This document shows positions 35,792 through 39,192 of a stretch of 39,192 nucleotides of DNA, piece after piece. Position 1 is the first letter of the stretch. Each line of letters starts with the position of its first letter. The stretch is from a virus: IMG/VR virus record IMGVR_UViG_3300026488_000006, positions 1 to 39,192 of that record; one strand, 5' to 3'. A program made the translations under genes and the position numbers. The notes below the pieces were generated by a model. That model ran no database searches. It had not been told where the DNA came from and worked only from the letters and a program-made list of their open reading frames with translations.

Positions 35792-35956
35792 TCACCCCCT
35801 CTCTCCGCTCTGCTCGCCGGGCGTGAAAAGAACGAAAGGCCGAAAGTCGGGCGCCGGGAAGGTGATTACTGCCCCGCAGTGCGGGCAGTGAACCGGGCGG
35901 TGGATGTCCTCGACCTCGAAGGGCTGTCCGCAGTAAGGACAACGGACGCGCATCAT
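35792..35956 (-). CDS. Zinc-ribbon protein (about 54 aa)
   Basis: Track ORF 35792..36001; ATG at 35956 after RBS GGAGGGGGT; two CxxC pairs (CPYCG ... CPHCG). Confidence 0.5.
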   Translation of the reverse strand: MMRVRCPYCGQPFEVEDIHRPVHCPHCGAVITFPAPDFRPFVLFTPGEQSGERG

Positions 35957-36249
35957 TTTGCCGACCCCCTCCACCTCATCATCCTCCGTAGCTTTCTCCA
36001 AACAGGGATTGTTTCTCTACTCATATAGTTTCTTTTAGCGAGCCACTCTTTGAACTTCTCGTCACACTCCTCGTCTTCATCAAGGAAGTCGAGTAGTTGA
36101 AGGACTTCCTTATATCTGCCGTACTTCCGCCACACGGCCCACAAGACTTGAGCTCCGAGCCATACCATGAATGCCACAAGCGCCCACGCAAGCGCCGTTA
36201 GCACGGCGAAGCCGGTGTAGGTCCAGATAGTTTCAATGCTCACGGCCAT
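35953..36249 (-). CDS. Small membrane protein (about 98 aa)
   Basis: Track ORF 35953..36324; ATG at 36249 inside a 19-bp sequence also found at the dpdA-like start; hydrophobic helices. Confidence 0.5.
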   Translation of the reverse strand: MAVSIETIWTYTGFAVLTALAWALVAFMVWLGAQVLWAVWRKYGRYKEVLQLLDFLDEDEECDEKFKEWLAKRNYMSRETIPVWRKLRRMMRWRGSAK

Positions 36250-36320
36250 CACGCTCCTTTTTTCTTTCAGAGTGCACATAGTGGAACCACCATATGTAAT
36301 ACTCCTCCGTGATTCCCATT

Positions 36321-37130
36321 TCACACATTCGAAATCACCTCAGTAAGGCTTTTCTGACGGGAGTTTTGGAACCCATCTAATAACCGAACCCAATGGAGTA
36401 CTCTCTGTCGTATCTGCATCCAGATAGGCTTAGAGTTCTTCACGCGGTCAATACCATACCTATATGCCAAACTGTCCGCCGAGTAAAGAGCTTCTCTCAC
36501 GTCAGGATACCTGAGCACTCCAAACTTTACTCCAAAAGCGTGCAACTTAACCCTCCTTGGTGTCGCTTCTCTTATTGCGAGTATGTATCTCCGTATTTGC
36601 GGTTCTTGCCCGCGCCGGCACATTGTGCCGAGGCCGAGAAGTTCAGTCAGGAGACCATGCTCCTTCATATAATCGAGCATCCAGAGATAGTCGTCAAGCG
36701 CCCACCCCTGCAATACTGCCACAAAGTGCTTCTTAAGTTCAGGATACTGGTCGTCAATTAGATTCTGAATTACAATCTGGTTTTCTATCGTTTTCATCTG
36801 ATTTTCTCGAACCGTGCGACCCCACTTCTTGCGGACTTCCGGTTCGCACGGATAATCCCTATTCGCAAAGAGGACATTCTCAAAGCGTCCAGAATTGAGC
36901 TGACGAAGGACAAACTCAAGGTAGCGCTCGTGTGGGTCCGGGTATTCTTGCATGCGGTAAAAAAAGCTGAAGCCTCCGCTGTCAATGAACAACCAGCTTG
37001 TGTTCCTAGGTGGGGTTCTAACTCTGGAAGCATAGTTAATCATAACATTGAACTTGCGCGGAGCGAGGCTTTCAAATGCCTTTTTTGCTGAACCATCCCC
37101 CACACCAAAAAAGAAACTAAACACGGCCAT
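36321..37130 (-). CDS. TGT-family transglycosylase, DpdA-like (7-deazaguanine DNA transglycosylase candidate)
   Basis: Motif WLFIDSGGFSFF matches the tRNA-guanine transglycosylase active-site motif (E. coli Tgt ILTDSGGFQVF); downstream blocks align loosely with TGT (VAVLQG, LLGLGTM, YSADSL); no CxCxxC...H zinc site. Track ORF 36321..37271 starts at a TTG; ATG at 37130 follows RBS AGGAAGGAGCGTG. Confidence 0.7.
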   Translation of the reverse strand: MAVFSFFFGVGDGSAKKAFESLAPRKFNVMINYASRVRTPPRNTSWLFIDSGGFSFFYRMQEYPDPHERYLEFVLRQLNSGRFENVLFANRDYPCEPEVRKKWGRTVRENQMKTIENQIVIQNLIDDQYPELKKHFVAVLQGWALDDYLWMLDYMKEHGLLTELLGLGTMCRRGQEPQIRRYILAIREATPRRVKLHAFGVKFGVLRYPDVREALYSADSLAYRYGIDRVKNSKPIWMQIRQRVLHWVRLLDGFQNSRQKSLTEVISNV

Positions 37131-37296
37131 CACGCTCCTTCCTAAGTGTTGCAATAAAGCACTCGTCGAAAAACTCACAAGCTTCACAGAGCGAGTCGCC
37201 CTGAAAGTCTCCAAAGCAAGGCGGTAGTTCCTCAGCGCCCTCATTGTCGAATTCGCCCCAAACCTCTCCAAAAACCGTTATGAGAACCTTAGCCAC
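37117..37296 (-). CDS. Small Cys-rich protein (59 aa), possible metal-binding
   Basis: Not in the ORF track. GTG start after RBS GGGGGTGACGGGGC, directly after the upstream stop; C-x11-C-x2-C-x5-C; overlaps the dpdA-like start by 14 nt in another frame. Confidence 0.35.
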   Translation of the reverse strand: MAKVLITVFGEVWGEFDNEGAEELPPCFGDFQGDSLCEACEFFDECFIATLRKERDGRV

Positions 37297-37310
37297 GCCC
37301 CGTCACCCCC

Positions 37311-37547
37311 TTAAACTTCCACCTCGGCCTTTCGGCCGGCGGGCTCGCCGAGGCGGACGACGGCGTAGCCATGCTTTGCAAGGGCCTTAATGATTTTGAG
37401 AGCCTCGGCGTCGTCGCTGAGTACGGCGAGCAAGATGTCCTTGCCGTCCGGCAGGCGCCCGTGGAGCTCGCCACAGCAGTACTCGACGTGATGGAGCTCG
37501 TAAACGCCGTAGGTGTTGTCGAGGCCGTCAATCACGGCGACCCTCAT
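37311..37547 (-). CDS. Hypothetical protein (78 aa) with HHVEYCCGELHG motif
   Basis: ORF tiled in operon next to the dpdA-like gene. Confidence 0.5.
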   Translation of the reverse strand: MRVAVIDGLDNTYGVYELHHVEYCCGELHGRLPDGKDILLAVLSDDAEALKIIKALAKHGYAVVRLGEPAGRKAEVEV

Positions 37548-37577
37548 GCTTCCACCTCCAAAAATTTAAGAAAGGGT

Positions 37578-37880
37578 CTAATCGGCCTCATTCTCTTGGA
37601 AGTATCTTCTCGTGTCATCATCGAAGAGGCTGATATCTTCTTCCTTATAGAAAAACATTGCTAAAGCTCTGGACTTTAGGAGGTTGTTGAGGTCGTCCTT
37701 TCCAAAAACATTCCTTGATACGGCAAAACTTGTCTTATAGTATCCTTTCTTTTTAGATGGTGCGCTCCAGTCACCAACAGGGTCCTCTGCAATTACTACG
37801 TACTTAAAACCGGCCTCCTTGTGCTTCTGGAGGTAGTCTATAACCTCATCAATAGTTGCAATCATTGTCGCCATTCTCAT
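37578..37880 (-). CDS. Hypothetical protein (100 aa), AT-richer gene
   Basis: ORF with noticeably lower GC than the genome average. Confidence 0.5.
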   Translation of the reverse strand: MRMATMIATIDEVIDYLQKHKEAGFKYVVIAEDPVGDWSAPSKKKGYYKTSFAVSRNVFGKDDLNNLLKSRALAMFFYKEEDISLFDDDTRRYFQENEAD

Positions 37881-37891
37881 ACACCCCCGAC

Positions 37892-38395
37892 TTATCCTTC
37901 AACCATTATCCAACGCTCCCGGCGGGCGTACTGCGGGAGCATGACGCGAACCCACCACTCGACGAAGGCCCAAGGCACGTGGTAGCCCTTTCCCGGGACG
38001 TAGAAGTCGCGGGGCTCGTAGCCGTTGCGGTAGCACCACCACTTAAAGTCGTTGCGGAGCGTGTATTCGCCGACGACGTGACGGTAGCGCCTCATCAGCT
38101 CGCTGAGCTTCACGCGCCGGCCCTCGCAGAGCGCATACTCGGTCACGAGGTCAAAGTGCCTATCTGGCTCAGTCGGCGTCCGCTCGTCAACCAGCATCTC
38201 CTCGTAGCGCACCTTTGCCCAGAAGTGGTTCTTGAGCCAGTGCTTTTCGAGGGCGTCAATGTAGTGGTAGGCCGTGTGCACCTGGTAGCCTCTGACGAGC
38301 CACAGGTAGGCAAAGTAGGGGCCGGCCCGGACGAGCCAGCCGTGGCGGAGGGTTAGTCGCTTAAACTTACCCATAGACACCACCCTGCGAGCCAC
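37892..38395 (-). CDS. Trp/Tyr-rich hypothetical protein (about 160 aa)
   Basis: RBS GGAGGTGG upstream; true start probably the ATG of MGKFKRL. Confidence 0.5.
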   Translation of the reverse strand: MARRVVSMGKFKRLTLRHGWLVRAGPYFAYLWLVRGYQVHTAYHYIDALEKHWLKNHFWAKVRYEEMLVDERTPTEPDRHFDLVTEYALCEGRRVKLSELMRRYRHVVGEYTLRNDFKWWCYRNGYEPRDFYVPGKGYHVPWAFVEWWVRVMLPQYARRERWIMVEG

Positions 38396-38472
38396 CTCCT
38401 TCGGTAGAACTTATGTTTAAACTTATTAAAAGCTTTGCGGTTGGGGAATGCAAAGGTAGGATTTTGCAAAAG

Positions 38473-39192
38473 TCAATGCTCGGGGTAAGCCACGACTAAA
38501 AACGGGCCGACGCACCAAGTGTCGAGGAGCGCGAACTCGTAAACCGGCGTGTAGCCGGCCCTCTCGCCGACACGGCGGACTATCTCCTCGGCCTCTTCGA
38601 GGTCGTCGGCCCAGCCCTCGTACTCCTCGCCGGAGACCGTGTTCTTCACCACGATGCGGTAGCCAGCCGGCTTTTGCTTTTTGAACCGGCGCATCTTCTC
38701 CCAGCGCTCCGGCCAGGTCTTCCTCCACTCTGCCTCGCGCTTCTGCCACTCCGAGAGGTCGCCAGTGCGTTTCTCGTTGCGCGGGAGCTGGACGCGCTTT
38801 GAAAGGGCTTTCATCACCATCGCCAGCGCAAACGGGCCGAGCTCCCTGTTGAAAAAGCGGACGCGGACGAAGGCACCGGGGCGCTCAGCAACGAAAAAGT
38901 ACGCGACCTTTGGGTCGTCGGGCAGGGTGGCACCTTCCCTCACGAGCTCGTCCCAGAGCTCGTCGCGACCTGAGCGGAGCTTCCAGCCGGCGAAGTGCCT
39001 CAGCCCAATGCCCAAAAGCGGGCCGAGCCCCTGCCTGTTCATACCCAACAATAGCTTTTCGGCTTCTGCCGGACCGATGTTCCGGGCCTCGACCTCAAGG
39101 CGACCGGTGTTCAGCTCGACGGTAGCAGTCCAACGCCCCACATCGGGCTCAACGTTCACGTCGAGAACCTCAATCTTAAACCGCCTCTTCCT
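38473..39192 (-). CDS. Hypothetical protein (about 241 aa), wraps across the window boundary
   Basis: Track ORF 38473..39159 starts at a GTG; in circular coordinates an in-frame ATG at the position equivalent to 131-133 follows a strong RBS (GGAGGTGATTTA) just after the helicase stop. The first two codons lie outside the window end but are present at 128-133. Confidence 0.55.
   Translation of the reverse strand, partial: RKRRFKIEVLDVNVEPDVGRWTATVELNTGRLEVEARNIGPAEAEKLLLGMNRQGLGPLLGIGLRHFAGWKLRSGRDELWDELVREGATLPDDPKVAYFFVAERPGAFVRVRFFNRELGPFALAMVMKALSKRVQLPRNEKRTGDLSEWQKREAEWRKTWPERWEKMRRFKKQKPAGYRIVVKNTVSGEEYEGWADDLEEAEEIVRRVGERAGYTPVYEFALLDTWCVGPFLVVAYPEH
39066..39192. repeat. Terminal direct repeat, copy 2 (identical to 1-127)
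   Basis: Read directly; implies a unit length of about 39,065 bp. Confidence 0.9.

Noticed and set aside
37131-37271. N-terminal extension of the dpdA-like ORF from a TTG start
   Set aside because: Low-complexity translation; a strong RBS precedes the internal ATG at 37130, and a better small ORF (37117..37296) occupies this DNA in another frame.

Overview
This 39,192-nt window appears to be one complete circular extrachromosomal element (virus or plasmid) of about 39,065 bp: the first 127 nt recur exactly at 39066-39192. Genes are tightly tiled and often overlap by a few nt, with GGAGGTG-type ribosome-binding sites, AT-rich TATA-like promoter boxes and K/E/R-rich products; together this suggests a hyperthermophilic archaeal (Thermococcales-like) host, which is inference only. 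Layout: (i) a minus-strand operon crossing the coordinate origin (3522 -> 1 / 39192 -> 35504) with an SF1 UvrD/Rep-like helicase and, in a lower-GC island, a TGT-family (DpdA-like) transglycosylase; (ii) an ~810-bp non-coding region (3523-4335) carrying GAAGACA-containing iterons in direct and inverted orientation, the best candidate replication origin; (iii) a minus-strand block (8643 -> 4336) ending in a beta-class amino-DNA methyltransferase; (iv) an ~18-kb minus-strand block (27761 -> 9393) opening with a 1,679-aa protein and continuing into about 25 genes for membrane-anchored, repeat-containing and paralogous proteins, likely a virion/envelope module; (v) a plus-strand block of small genes (27878-35507) with shared promoter and terminator-like motifs. 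No integrase, packaging ATPase, DNA polymerase, tRNA, rRNA or CRISPR array was recognised. Most products have no family I can name from sequence alone; several start codons were re-placed by hand from RBS position and reading frame, and those are the coordinates listed.
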